Positions 1-11,647 are shown, counted from the first letter of the stretch. The stretch: DNA of 22,953 nt from Barthelona sp. PCE (GCA_040285745.1 JAUFOR010000005.1:744001-766953); one strand, 5' to 3'. Notes: generated from the letters alone by a model not told the origin. A program made the numbers and translations.

Positions 1-2
1 TA

Positions 3-683
3 CGTCGTCTGAAGGATTTCTCAATCGTCCGTAAGATTAAGACTGGTCTGAAACCAACGTGCCTCACTGCAAATTTCCGCAACGGAGATTTCATCGTCTG
101 TAGCCACTATGAGATGCATAGATACAGCATTAACGGCGAAATTCTTGCGGAGCACCGATTCACATCGCACAGGAAGCACATAATTGCGATCTCTGTCACG
201 CCTCTGCCGAGCCATTTGTTCTCGACTGTATATGTTGTTGGATTCAATGACGGATCGGTGATTCTCATGTCTTGCAATATCGATGGGGCCTTTGGACCAC
301 CTGAAATCAAAGAAACTCCTTTTCCATTTATTGAACGGAACTCTTTCTGTCCCTCACGTTGCAAGATCACAGGACTCACGTTACAACCCGATCTCAAGGC
401 TATATACATCGGTTATGAAGATGGTAACGTGTACGTAATAGAGTTCAATGATGAGACAACAACACAACACTGGACCAAGGATACAAACGCTCCAAACTGC
501 CACTCCTGCACCAAGGAATTCACTTCATTTAACAGGAGACATCACTGTCGCAACTGCGGTAACGTTTTCTGTGGGGGATGCTCGAAAAAGAGGTGTTGTT
601 TGCCAAAACTAGGGTTTATTCATGAAAAGGAGCGTGTTTGTGATGCTTGCTTCGCGCTGGAAGAACAACTCCGCACTATGTGA
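3..683 (+). CDS. 3' end (5'-partial) of a WD40 + FYVE protein, probably BEACH-WD40-FYVE (WDFY3/ALFY-like)
   Basis: The frame of ORF 114..683 is open back to the window edge (RRLKDFSIVRKIK...NFRNGDFIVCS...HRYSINGEILA, WD40-like and similar to the BEACH-protein propeller). It ends in a canonical FYVE finger: WxxD (WTKD), CHSC, RRHHCRNCG, FCGGC, RVCDAC. Confidence 0.85.
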   Translation, partial: RRLKDFSIVRKIKTGLKPTCLTANFRNGDFIVCSHYEMHRYSINGEILAEHRFTSHRKHIIAISVTPLPSHLFSTVYVVGFNDGSVILMSCNIDGAFGPPEIKETPFPFIERNSFCPSRCKITGLTLQPDLKAIYIGYEDGNVYVIEFNDETTTQHWTKDTNAPNCHSCTKEFTSFNRRHHCRNCGNVFCGGCSKKRCCLPKLGFIHEKERVCDACFALEEQLRTM

Positions 684-706
684 TTCCATTTCAATGTAAA
701 TAGTTA

Positions 707-2305
707 TTATGTTTGCTCAAACTCGGCCGTATCGAAGTTAAAACGCCTGTCGGCCATGAACTTCTGGAATTCTGTTTCGAGCGCTGTGTTGATGAATCCT
801 TTGCTCTCCTCGTCCATCAGCTCAAATACTTCTGTTGTACGTTCAGCAGGACTGCTTTGGACTGAAACTTCCTGAGCTGGAAGCAAATTCACCCGAGGAG
901 GAGACACTGGAACATGAACAGTCGTGTGTTTTTCTGGTGAATGAACCTGTAAAACGCGTCCTTTGGGCTTAGAATGTTGCTTACCAGTATTTTTTCGCTT
1001 CTTTCGCTTCCTTGGTGATCTCTGTATTAGATCGGACATAGAAATTTTCTTTTTCTTCCCATCTGGAGACGCACGACGCATGTGCTCACTGACTCGGCTT
1101 CTTTGCACACGTTTCATTGGTGATGACATCAACTGAGGCTCAAACGTACAATTCGCATCAATTTCCTGTGCTGATCGTGCTTGTCCTCGCTTTTCCAGTT
1201 TCTCCTTGCCCATACTGTACAATCGTGTGGCGTTCTCCTGGATAGTCTTCTCAGCAACCTTTTTAACGGGCGGACTCTTCTCCAAATTAGACAGCACTTT
1301 TCTGTATGTCTTGTTTATCTTTTGTCGTTCCATATCATCTTCCATACGTTTCATAAAAGGTTTTTTAGGGGTATATTTCTTTGTTTCTTTGATAACTGGA
1401 GAAAATGAGCAATCTTTTAACTGCTCCCTTTCTATCCTTTTCTTTAGCTCCTTTATGTGCTTTTTCCTCTGTAGTGCGTGGTTTTGCAGCCTTTCAAAGA
1501 CGCTTTCCTCGCCAAGATAGATATCGTCGTGAACTTCATTTGTTTTTGGTTTGAAACTATACCGCTTCAACTCTTTCTTCTTTGATTCTTTCAATTTCTT
1601 CAAATTTTCACGTTTACGCTCCAAAAACTCTTCTTCACGTTTAAGAAAGCTTGTCCTTCCTCTCTTCTCAACCAATTGAACAGAGGATTTGTTGACAGAA
1701 GGCGCAAAAGAAAAAGCTCGAAGCTCGTCTTCCTTCGCCTTCAATCTCTGGTCAATGATCCTCTTCTTACGGCCCTCCTCCTTAGAGTACAACCGCTGCA
1801 CAACCTTATCAAACTGTCGACTGGAAAGTTGGGTGGGTTGTTGGATTTCAGTAGAATCCTGCTTTGAAATGGGTGACCGCTTCTTCGGAGGTGCAATTAC
1901 GGATGATGGTGAAGCGTCAAAGTCACTAATAGCAAAAGAAACACGTGGGGGATCATCCACAATATGTTCAACTTCCTTAAATATTTGTGCTACCTTGGAC
2001 TCAACATCACGCTTCCTAGGCGGAGTAACACGCTTCAAATCAGCAATGCGCCCCGATTGAACAACAAAAGCATCTTCTTCTATGTTTTCCTCAGCCTCAC
2101 TATCAAACATGGCCACCTCTTCAAATGGATCAGAGCCTTCATCAAAGAGCTCCTCGCTTCCAGGGCTTACTGGAATCTGGCTTTCATTTTGCTCAACTTT
2201 TTTTGGTGAAACTACAACCGATGGTGGAATTAGGGGTTGTGATCCCATCTGGCACTCTCGCAAAAGATCTGTGATCCTATTGACGGTATCTCGTACCTCA
2301 GACAT
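707..2305 (-). CDS. Lys/Glu/Arg-rich coiled-coil protein with repeated (C/Y/F)(S/T)FxP and RLY motifs; possibly microtubule/basal-body associated
   Basis: Uninterrupted 532-aa ORF with repeats FSFAPSVN, YSFKPKTN, CSFSPVIK, CTFEPQL and QRLYS/TRLYS. Function is inferred only from resemblance to protist cytoskeletal repeat proteins. Confidence 0.75.
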   Translation of the reverse strand: MSEVRDTVNRITDLLRECQMGSQPLIPPSVVVSPKKVEQNESQIPVSPGSEELFDEGSDPFEEVAMFDSEAEENIEEDAFVVQSGRIADLKRVTPPRKRDVESKVAQIFKEVEHIVDDPPRVSFAISDFDASPSSVIAPPKKRSPISKQDSTEIQQPTQLSSRQFDKVVQRLYSKEEGRKKRIIDQRLKAKEDELRAFSFAPSVNKSSVQLVEKRGRTSFLKREEEFLERKRENLKKLKESKKKELKRYSFKPKTNEVHDDIYLGEESVFERLQNHALQRKKHIKELKKRIEREQLKDCSFSPVIKETKKYTPKKPFMKRMEDDMERQKINKTYRKVLSNLEKSPPVKKVAEKTIQENATRLYSMGKEKLEKRGQARSAQEIDANCTFEPQLMSSPMKRVQRSRVSEHMRRASPDGKKKKISMSDLIQRSPRKRKKRKNTGKQHSKPKGRVLQVHSPEKHTTVHVPVSPPRVNLLPAQEVSVQSSPAERTTEVFELMDEESKGFINTALETEFQKFMADRRFNFDTAEFEQT

Positions 2306-2389
2306 GCCAGAGAAAGGGAAAAAAATATTTTACACACTTTTGGGCTCTTGTCCTATTTCACTTTCTTTTATGTGTTGTGGAGTTTTTTG

Positions 2390-2942
2390 ATGCCGCGTTT
2401 CTTGCCTAACATTTCCAAATCCTTCATTTTCACTCCTGTTGGAAGTGAAAAGATTGTTGTCAGCAGCATTAATGAAGCTACAAATAGTAGTTCGTTTACT
2501 TTTGTTAAAAAAGATACAGATAGTATGATAAATGGGCCTCCAGCAGATTCTTTCTTCAATAATTCTGTCAATACTGAGCTGTATTGAATTAAACCCACCT
2601 TAATAGACCATACGTTGTTCATTGGAAAGCGCGGAAGACGAATATGGTGTGATGGTAAGTATTTCAGCACCTGGCTTCCTCTTATTAGGCAAAAAACTTT
2701 ATAGAGTGAGTTTTTATGGTGTTACCAACGTTTGGGATTTTGCAGAAGTAGCTGAGAAAGAAATAATATACTCACTAAGACGTGGTGTTGCAATGATGCA
2801 TCAACGTTCATGTGAAAATTTCTACATGAACATAGACATTCTTACATTTGACGATGGTGATTTGGAAATACAACACAATACTGTGAATATTATCGATTTT
2901 CTTACACAATGCGATGTATCTACATTATTTTATGGTGAATAA
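2390..2942 (+). pseudogene. Short disrupted member of the MPR-start beta-rich family
   Basis: ATG CCG CGT TTC (MPRF) at 2390, in-frame TGA at 2585-2587, probable frame change near the A6 run at ~2692-2697. It ends with VNIIDFLTQC, matching the family C-terminal motif. Confidence 0.45.
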
Positions 2943-4811
2943 TCACAAAAAATACTCCATGCTGAACTCATCCAGAACAGTTAGGTTACAATTTTGTAAA
3001 AAATCAAGCAATCTCACATAGAAAGGTTCAAAGCTCAATGAATCATCATTGCTGTTGTAACTAATGTAATTTCCACTGATTTGATGGTTGGTAACTGCTC
3101 TGTTTATCCGAATTGCACCATTTTGTCTGTTGCATATCCAAACACTGTTCTCATAAGGTAGCGTTGCAGACAAAAGCTCAAAACCTTTATCAACAGAACA
3201 TTTAAACACTTCATCATCAATAACCAGTATATTTTCAGCAATAAATTGCATAATTTTCGGTTCTGTTAGACGCTCTAATGTATGCCCGGTTGCACTTCCA
3301 CTCTCGAAATCAAAAGATACAAATTGAACAATGCCTTCTCGACAAAAACCAGCAATATTATGCGAAGCCCATGGATCAGTCACCAAAATTCTAATTTCAG
3401 GTACATCAAACACGATCTTTGAGCTATATCCTCCAATTGTGTTGAAAAACAGTGCTGTTACACCAAAACGTGATGCAATGAACCCAACATCTTCCTGAAT
3501 TGCAACAATCGCAATACCATCATCGAATCTAAGCACAGATCTGTCTCTAGTCATAATGCTGTAATAACCATCAATTAGTAAATGGTTTTCAGTTGCAACT
3601 GCGTACTTGAAGTAACCATCGTTGTGCAGTTCGTCATACGAAATGCTGAATAAAATTTCGTGTGTTTGAATATTGTATACTTCACAACTTTGTTCGAATT
3701 GCTGAACATAAACCTTGTCACTCATCGAAACTAATTGCTTTCCAAACATGGTACCAAGTCCTTTCTTGACCACTAACATATTATCAGAGAACGGATCAAT
3801 TAAAGCATACATATCCTTTGTGGCAAAACCAATGAGACTTGCCTTGCTCCTCAGTTTATACAGTTGGTTAAAACCATTAACTGTGAAAACAGTTGATGGC
3901 CGAGCTTTCGTAACATACATACGATGGATTTCACCATTTGAATACATGAACAGTTCCTCATCTCCTGACATTAGCTGTTCAATAACTGTACACGTGGAGT
4001 CAGTGTGAATGCCAAGTTCTGAAACACCATATATACAATTCTTGTTGGGAGCAAATAAATGGAGCACAGAATCTTTGTATATTGCACCTGTTCCATCACG
4101 ATATGTACAATTAGGTAGCTCTTGTAAAGACAAATACTCGTCTACCAGAAAAGGAACTCCTCCATTACTTGCCAGAAAAAACGCTTTGTTTTTAAAAATT
4201 ATGACATCCTTATACGTTGAGTGACCATGAACACGCATTGAGATCATATGAATGCGGTCTTCCATAAACATCAGCCTTTCCAAAACATCATGTTCGACGA
4301 TCTTTGCTTCCAACATATCTTCATCGTTAAGATACATCACCAAAATTTTCTTTCGGGCCACAGAAACGGTAAAGTAGCAATCACGCCTTCTTCCACAGTG
4401 AGAATTCACACAAATGTAGAAATTTATGTCCTCTTCACAGCGTTGGAGATCTACCGCGGTATCTTTCTGGTCCAAAGTGACTACGTATCGATCTCCAATA
4501 ACATAATCAATATCTCCACCTTCATACGCAATGTCATGCTTGAAAACAAACTCCCCATCGAATAGCTCATAAAAACTTATCCTTCCGTCATTATAGTGAT
4601 AGAATAGCGATGAACAACGACATTGCCTTGGCAGAAACGGTACTTGATGAGCGCAAACGTTACTATGAACGATAATAGGTGGTGCAACCATTTCTTTCTG
4701 TCGTTTTTGCTGTATAATGGAAAACTGAGTCCCAAACGCTGGCAAATATGATGTGTTTGTAATTAAATTACCCTGCTTAGTTTGAATATCAGATTGTATA
4801 AATCGAGGCAT
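2943..4811 (-). CDS. Hypothetical beta-strand-rich (beta-propeller-like) protein, MPR family, ~622 aa
   Basis: Long open frame. The in-frame ATG at 4811 gives MPRF, like the neighbours. Short hydrophobic strands alternate with D/G turns; C-terminal VRLLDFLQNC. Confidence 0.8.
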   Translation of the reverse strand: MPRFIQSDIQTKQGNLITNTSYLPAFGTQFSIIQQKRQKEMVAPPIIVHSNVCAHQVPFLPRQCRCSSLFYHYNDGRISFYELFDGEFVFKHDIAYEGGDIDYVIGDRYVVTLDQKDTAVDLQRCEEDINFYICVNSHCGRRRDCYFTVSVARKKILVMYLNDEDMLEAKIVEHDVLERLMFMEDRIHMISMRVHGHSTYKDVIIFKNKAFFLASNGGVPFLVDEYLSLQELPNCTYRDGTGAIYKDSVLHLFAPNKNCIYGVSELGIHTDSTCTVIEQLMSGDEELFMYSNGEIHRMYVTKARPSTVFTVNGFNQLYKLRSKASLIGFATKDMYALIDPFSDNMLVVKKGLGTMFGKQLVSMSDKVYVQQFEQSCEVYNIQTHEILFSISYDELHNDGYFKYAVATENHLLIDGYYSIMTRDRSVLRFDDGIAIVAIQEDVGFIASRFGVTALFFNTIGGYSSKIVFDVPEIRILVTDPWASHNIAGFCREGIVQFVSFDFESGSATGHTLERLTEPKIMQFIAENILVIDDEVFKCSVDKGFELLSATLPYENSVWICNRQNGAIRINRAVTNHQISGNYISYNSNDDSLSFEPFYVRLLDFLQNCNLTVLDEFSMEYFL

Positions 4812-5025
4812 GAAAAGAAGCAAAAGAAAGTTAACTTTTGTTTATTGTGTTTGTTCTGTGCATATGATCCCTTCTCCACACTAAATGCGATGTTGCACAC
4901 AACCCACAAAAAATGCAACATGCATTTGAAGGAATGCCATAATAGTTGTCTGTCACGTTTTTTATTACCTTCTCTAACTTCTTGAAGGCCGTTTTTTCTT
5001 TCAATCAGCATACAAACGTCAGAAT

Positions 5026-7149
5026 ATGCCTAGAAAGATTAATAATGGTATTAATTTTTGCTTAAAGCTTGCATCGAAGTATAATCAAGTGGATGATGCA
5101 AGTGTGGATGATGATGGGATACTACACGACTCCATTCGTGAGATTTTTTATTCTGAAAATGAGGGCCAGCTAGATTTTGGTGAAAATCATACTGTTGATA
5201 TTTATTTGGGACAAAAAACCAATATTCCTTCTATAAATTCCCATAAGAACATTGTTTCGTGTATGTATTCCACAACAACTGCGTTCAATTTAGGTTCAGT
5301 TCCAAAATGGTGCTCTAGTCTTAAACGATGCGCATGGGATCATATGCTGTACTACTGTGAACCAGAGAGAGTGTTACGAAATGACAAATTCTTAAGTGTT
5401 GCTTTTTTCACCTTCTATTATGGCCAGTTTACTTTTTCGGGAGTTGATGAACTATATAATGTTGACGATAACAAAGAGTTCATTTTCTTGGATCGCAACA
5501 CGTTCATATCATACTCAGGAGAAGATATACAGATGGTACTAATGGAAGAGGGCTTTCCAATTAAGAAGATCTACGTTAAAGGAAAGGATTTTGGCACAAT
5601 AGGGTCATGTTTTTATTTTACGTTCAGGCAAGAAGGTTTTATTATTCGCACGAGGGATTTCCAATCAGATGCAGATATTACCGGTGATCTTGCCGTGTTT
5701 AACTTCCGCTACATTTGTAACCAATCGTATTTACATTCCATGACAGACTGTTTCACAACATGTTTATATGGGATGGAGAGAGATGGATATAGTGAGTTAA
5801 AAGTTCATTATTTTGATGGTGAATTCGTCAGATCCATTAATCTTTGTCTTGCTTTCCCTCAGCTGACCAACATGGCACGAATGTTTAATATTGAGTACTT
5901 GAAACTACAATTGGATGGAGCTGAGAAAGTTATGGTAATGTCCTGCACATTGAACCGACGTGAGTGTATCATAGTTTTTGAAGGCGATGATCGCTTACAT
6001 ATTGAGGATTACTCAACTTACGGATACTTTGGACCAAAATATCCGTTTTCACGTAATTTTGATTATTTACCTCAAATAACAAAGAGATTCATATTTTCAG
6101 GAGGTGATTTATTGAAAACAAGCATGCTGTTGAATATTGATGATCTTTTGCTGTCTATTGATACACGAAGCTATGATATAAAGTGTGTTTTTGAACAAAG
6201 TATCGTTTTTACAACAGGCACTCAAATAATCAACTTTGATTTAGGTGGTCAAACAGTCTATTCGACAGATAAGTGGTCTTTCTGGTCTCCTGGGAACAAT
6301 AAGATGCCAAATATTCACACATCAATGAATGTTGGAGGGTATCTTGTGCTTGTTGTTCATGAAAATAACCTTTTCAACTACTTCTGTTATGATGTCAGAT
6401 CATATAATCCTGCTGATTCTTCCAATGTGATGAGTGGTTTTCTCTTTCGAATAGGTCGAAGACACATTTTGTTGGACATATCAACAGAATACGTTCGTTT
6501 TTGTGTCCATATCAACAATATTTGTAGAGTATATGATTACCTGATTGGTTCCAAGTGTGTTAAGCTGTTATTTGAAATCGATAACTGTCAAATTTCGCAG
6601 TGCACAGGAATTACAGAGAAGAAAATTCAGATAAACTCGGAATACATCTATTATTTTGAATTAAGAGGCGATGAATGGGTTAATACCATGGATGAAAGAA
6701 AGTTTAAACCAAACAGCGGTTGTACAACTGTTGTTTTTGGTGAGAAACAATGCACTGTCAAAGATCTGTTTTCTTATGCAATTACCAGTAATGTGATTCT
6801 TTGTGAAACTGGAGTATATTTGGTAGAGAATGATGGTCTGAGTGCAGAGTTGAATTGTAGAAAAATAGTCGATCTGAAAGGCCAAGGAATTGAAGGATTA
6901 CATATGTTCACTACATTGCTTATGCCAAACAGTTTCGTTGCTGCAAAATTGGATGGAAAGACTTTGCGTCATCGCACCTATATTTTCAATGAGAATGGTG
7001 CTTGCAATATGGAGCAGAACGATATAGACTTATGTAATTACTTCATGAATGCAGTATATTCAGACTTTACTGACTGTTTTGTGGGTAATGATCGGCAATT
7101 ATTAACAGAGAATCTGTGCGAGATAAACATCCATGTTGACCAATTATAA
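5026..7149 (+). CDS. Hypothetical beta-strand-rich (beta-propeller-like) protein, MPR family, 707 aa
   Basis: 707-aa ORF starting MPRK, with C-terminal IDLCNYFMNA. Confidence 0.82.
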   Translation: MPRKINNGINFCLKLASKYNQVDDASVDDDGILHDSIREIFYSENEGQLDFGENHTVDIYLGQKTNIPSINSHKNIVSCMYSTTTAFNLGSVPKWCSSLKRCAWDHMLYYCEPERVLRNDKFLSVAFFTFYYGQFTFSGVDELYNVDDNKEFIFLDRNTFISYSGEDIQMVLMEEGFPIKKIYVKGKDFGTIGSCFYFTFRQEGFIIRTRDFQSDADITGDLAVFNFRYICNQSYLHSMTDCFTTCLYGMERDGYSELKVHYFDGEFVRSINLCLAFPQLTNMARMFNIEYLKLQLDGAEKVMVMSCTLNRRECIIVFEGDDRLHIEDYSTYGYFGPKYPFSRNFDYLPQITKRFIFSGGDLLKTSMLLNIDDLLLSIDTRSYDIKCVFEQSIVFTTGTQIINFDLGGQTVYSTDKWSFWSPGNNKMPNIHTSMNVGGYLVLVVHENNLFNYFCYDVRSYNPADSSNVMSGFLFRIGRRHILLDISTEYVRFCVHINNICRVYDYLIGSKCVKLLFEIDNCQISQCTGITEKKIQINSEYIYYFELRGDEWVNTMDERKFKPNSGCTTVVFGEKQCTVKDLFSYAITSNVILCETGVYLVENDGLSAELNCRKIVDLKGQGIEGLHMFTTLLMPNSFVAAKLDGKTLRHRTYIFNENGACNMEQNDIDLCNYFMNAVYSDFTDCFVGNDRQLLTENLCEINIHVDQL

Positions 7150-7409
7150 CTGATGTTGAAGTCATGAAGGGTATATGGAGCACATTAAATAATACATAGC
7201 GCAACAATCCGAATCAACACAAGCTACAAAAAAAAAATAATATCAAATGTCATACATCAAAGTATTTGTAATGTTGTGATACAATATTAGTTATATTGTA
7301 AAACATTTAACTGAACTCAAACTTAAAAAAGACCCAAATTCATTAATTTTTAAAAATAATTTCGAAAACTTCAACAACCCTCTTGTAATTATCACAAATA
7401 TGCTCTCAA

Positions 7410-7440
7410 TCATAATTAAGTGAGTCTCACTTAATTATGA
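7410..7440. repeat. Perfect 15-bp inverted repeat with 1-nt spacer
   Basis: TCATAATTAAGTGAG-T-CTCACTTAATTATGA. Confidence 0.95.
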
Positions 7441-7539
7441 AAGTAGTAAATATGGACTCAATGTAAGATCAAGGTTTGTTTTCCCTTTTAACCACTTAAT
7501 CTGTGTAGTTAAATTTAATAGAAACAGTGTACGCCGAGA

Positions 7540-8535
7540 ATGCCACAAATCACAGCTTTTGAACACGAACAAGACAAACCCACCTATCACATTGAACAAC
7601 ATCAGTACTCAGGAATTGATTCGTTGGATTTCATTGGCGGTTCTGAGCATATTTTTTACGTTGAATACGGTGATAACACAACAGTATCACTTAAGATTAT
7701 CAGAGTTGCTGATAATTCCGTTGTGGATTCTTTGGATTTTCATGATGAATTTCGAATCGATGTTGATGAGTTCCTTATCCATCGAGAAAATGATGCCCTT
7801 GTTATATTTGTTATGAATGGATCTGGTTACTATCATGTGAAACTAGATTCGAATTTCAGGATTTTGAGCTCAGAATACATATCACGCAGCTTGGTGTACT
7901 CTTGTTTAACAGTGGACAACGCAACCCTTTACTACCTTACTCGAAGCTTTTCCGAATCAGGGAAGTTAGATTACAAAGTTGTTGCTACTGGTTTGAGGGG
8001 TGAGAATCCAAGAACTATATTTGAGCAGGAATGTGATCTTATTGATGATATATACGCGCAAAAAGAGATTTTGTTTATTCTTGATGTTGACAGATTGATA
8101 ATTATCGATACGAAAAACAGTAATTCGATTTTTATTGAAATCAACCACAATGAAGCATATCCTGTAGTGGTAGATGATCTATATAGTGCTGAATTTGATT
8201 GTTTTATTATGTTTTTTAAGGATACAGAGGAATATAAGTGTCTTGTTTTGAAGCGAGATCTGAATTACGAAATTTTTAGCACTGAAATTTCCTCTGAAGA
8301 AACTGACTTTAAAATGTGCACTTCCAAACTTTTGGCTATTGATGAGAGTATCTATGTTATTGAGAATATTGATTTTAATCTCAAAACCCTTCAATTTACC
8401 AATGTTTTACTTGAGCAGTCTGAAGATGCTTACTCTGCTATGAATGCAGCATGTGGGAATAGAATACTCTCTGTTGAATATAATGATGACATGTCAGTAT
8501 TTGATGGAGTTTTATCAATGTTTTTCAAGAATTAG
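7540..8535 (+). CDS. Hypothetical acidic beta-rich protein, probable MPR-family member, possibly C-terminally truncated
   Basis: 331-aa ORF starting MPQI. The same frame continues past TAG (8533) and TAA (8563) into FPLFEMLFQA, which resembles the family C-terminal motif. Confidence 0.7.
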   Translation: MPQITAFEHEQDKPTYHIEQHQYSGIDSLDFIGGSEHIFYVEYGDNTTVSLKIIRVADNSVVDSLDFHDEFRIDVDEFLIHRENDALVIFVMNGSGYYHVKLDSNFRILSSEYISRSLVYSCLTVDNATLYYLTRSFSESGKLDYKVVATGLRGENPRTIFEQECDLIDDIYAQKEILFILDVDRLIIIDTKNSNSIFIEINHNEAYPVVVDDLYSAEFDCFIMFFKDTEEYKCLVLKRDLNYEIFSTEISSEETDFKMCTSKLLAIDESIYVIENIDFNLKTLQFTNVLLEQSEDAYSAMNAACGNRILSVEYNDDMSVFDGVLSMFFKN

Positions 8536-9543
8536 GTGGTAAATAGTGATAGCAATAAAGTATAATTTTTCTCTAAAAATCATTTGGTTAACCAATCAAG
8601 ACAAAGGAATTTTCCACTCTTTGAAATGCTGTTCCAAGCAGTCAATGATGAGAGGCATTGTGTCACTAGCATACTGCAAAAACATATGGAATGTCTCAAT
8701 ATCCCGATTCCTAATAAAGAAATAGAAAACATTAAAACACAACATACTCTGAGTGCTACCCTCAGATGTTAACTTCAAATCTGAAAATTAGTGATTTGTA
8801 AGCATATGCAGTTGTACAATATTCTTATGAAGCACCCATATCGTACATCCATTTGTAACGATACCTTGTATAAAAAATTGAATTTCGGTTCCCCTTATTA
8901 TTCAATTTTTAAACCTTCGTCTCTTTCAACAAACATACATCAGTCGAACAGCCTGTCGGCAACTGGATCTCTTCCTAAACATATGTCACTAAAATTGGAA
9001 TCGTTGGACAAGATTGGCATCATGACTTTCGTAATGCAACCAAAAGAGTGGTTCAGTCCAGCACAAACTCAAAAGGCGTTTGGACGTCGATATCATCGTC
9101 CTCAAGTCCGCGCTTTACGGTTGGCATCATGTAAATCAGGAAAATCTGATGAGAATTAGGCTGAAAATTTGGAAACAGAAGTTTTGGCGCAGTCCAGCAT
9201 CCAGCGGTGCATGCAGCGGTGTTTACTGAATGCTTATGCATGTGCAATGAAGCACGTCCCAAAAGGCGGCTGCTTCGAGCCGTACCCACAACGCAGCAAA
9301 AAAGTGCCCCACAACCAAGCCAATGCCCACACGTGCCAACAATCTTACGTGTCACGCGCTACAAGCCCTGCGAACCACATCAATAAATCTGTGAGCGGAT
9401 AGAAATGCGAATGCAGTTCTGTTTCACATTCTCGCTTTCTGTTTACGCTTCTCGTGTATTATATCATCTATATATGCCACGTGCAAGCACTAATATTTAG
9501 AAATACATGCTTTATCACTGTTCACCTACTTCATTACAGCTAT

Positions 9544-11647
9544 ATGCCTAGGGTTCGTAAATTCGAGGACGACCTTATCATGCATGCATATCCTGAGGGG
9601 CAGCTTATATTTGAGGGCCAGGGTCTAATATTGCTTAAGTCAAGGGAAAACATCAGCCTCATTGAAAGCGCCATTGAAGGCAAGGACTTTGTTGGGTATG
9701 TGGAGGATACGCGTAAGCCTCTTCAGCACACATCCAAATTAAAAGCTGGAGAATCTTACATGATTATCGATGTGCTTCGTGATGTGCTTCGTGATGACGA
9801 TAATATTGTAATCCATATTGATATCTTATTATTTAGTGATATCATGAGCGATGAACATACAAGCAGAAGAATATCCTTCCCATTTGAGATCAGTCTAACA
9901 AGCGAAATAATTCCGATTGATGAAAACCATCTATTATTCACCTTTTGGGAAATCGTTAACAGACGATCACATACCCGTAGACATAGATGCTGCATATTAA
10001 ATGTTATAACCGAGGAATATAGATGTCTTGGAGATTATGTTCAATCAATCATTAATTCAAACAACTACATTATGTTAAGGAAATACCAAGATGATACCAC
10101 ATGGCATTACAATTTTTCTGCAGATGACATGGACGATGCACATGAACCTGATATTGAGCAGTTAGATGGTGTTAATTTAAAATTCTTCGGGTGTTACAAC
10201 TCGGATTGCATTTTCTCAGTCAGGTTACTTATGGGGAATGTTGATGAACTAATAATATTTGACAGTCAGAGGAACCAAGATAACTTGACAGAAAGGTTTC
10301 CACAGCTTAAAGGATTGAATATTCCAAACAGCCCAGATATGGGATTATTTGAGCTCACTCAAGATGTTTTGTCAATGGTATTCATTTATGTAAGATGTGT
10401 GGTAGTTCATATCGAAAACGGTGAATTGAAGATGTCAGAGGGTAAACTGAATTTCAAGAATGTAATTTGCGATGGCTTGAAGCATATAGATTTGAACGAT
10501 AATTACTTTCATCATGAAGATTGTGTTTTTTATGGTGTTGATGAAATAACAGGAAGTTATGGCCCAATCAAATTCAGAACAGTTGATAATGACGTTGTGC
10601 GTTTGAAAAGTCTTCAACCAAGAGGAATTTTTTTTGACGGAATAGCGGAAGTGTATGGTCATATCGCTTCAATAAGATGTTACTTTTTTTTCAGAAAGGA
10701 AGCTTATTGTGCTGCGTTGGCGTAGGAAACTGCTTTCACGTATGTGGTGCCATATCTTATCAGTTCATCCAAATGAAGGAGATGATTTTTTTGTAATGGC
10801 AGAGGACCATGGTGAAACAAATACATATGTCAAAATTCACTGGCGCTGGTCAGAATCCAAACCTGTCACAACCATTTTACCTCATTGCGGTTCTATAAAC
10901 TATGGTTTTATTCTTGGGTTGCCCTTAAATGTTGACTATCGTGAAGATACAGAACTGGTGTATTTGGGAGAAAAGGTGATTTTAGAGCTTCCCCCGAATA
11001 TTTATATTCGAAGTGTTCATGGTTCACATTTTGATAATTCAGCGTGCATTTTATGTGAAGAAGCAATCCATTTTTTTCAGCTTAATGTCAACGGGTATGA
11101 CGTGGAGGTTCAAAAGCACATTGTTTTTGAACATGAATATTTATATGATGTTTACTTCAACCCTCGTCCATTGGCTGAAACACCTGATCATCAGCTGTTT
11201 GTTGTACATAGACGCAGTGAAGAAGCAGCAACGCAACATTTACACTGTTTAGATTGGTCAACAGGAAGCTTCTTAGAGCCTGTTCTCCTTTGGAAGAGAT
11301 CATATGATGATGAAGCGGAGGAAGGCAACTATTTCCGTAATTTCTTGGGTGATTCATACATACAGGTGAGGGGTGGTATCATTAAAGTATACGTTGAAGA
11401 TGGTGCAATTGAAACGCATTTTTACATAAACGACAGTTTACCATATGAATTGAACATAAGCCACGATCCAAATCTGCCCAATAACACTGTTCAAGACATG
11501 TCATACGAAGAAGAGACCAAGACAATGGTGCTGAAAACTTACAATATTGAGGAAGACCCGGAATCGATCAATCCCACAGTGGAATCGTTCCACCTTCCTT
11601 CGTTTATGGCCAAGGCGTCCATCGTTGAGTACCATATGCCCGATTAA
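9544..11647 (+). CDS. MPR-family beta-propeller-like protein, paralog of 13411..15531, split by one frameshift at a T8 run (10684-10691)
   Basis: ORFs 9454..10725 and 10709..11647 align collinearly with the intact paralog (MPRVRKFE...; CYFFF-x-E-x-KLIVL; ...FHLPSFMAKASIVEYHMPD). The break lies in a homopolymer, so it is either a sequencing error or a young pseudogene. Confidence 0.8.

Noticed and set aside
2585-8565. Stop-codon reassignment suggested by in-frame TGA/TAG/TAA
   Set aside because: Long genes are uninterrupted under the standard code and end in TAA or TGA. The interruptions are confined to degenerate family copies.
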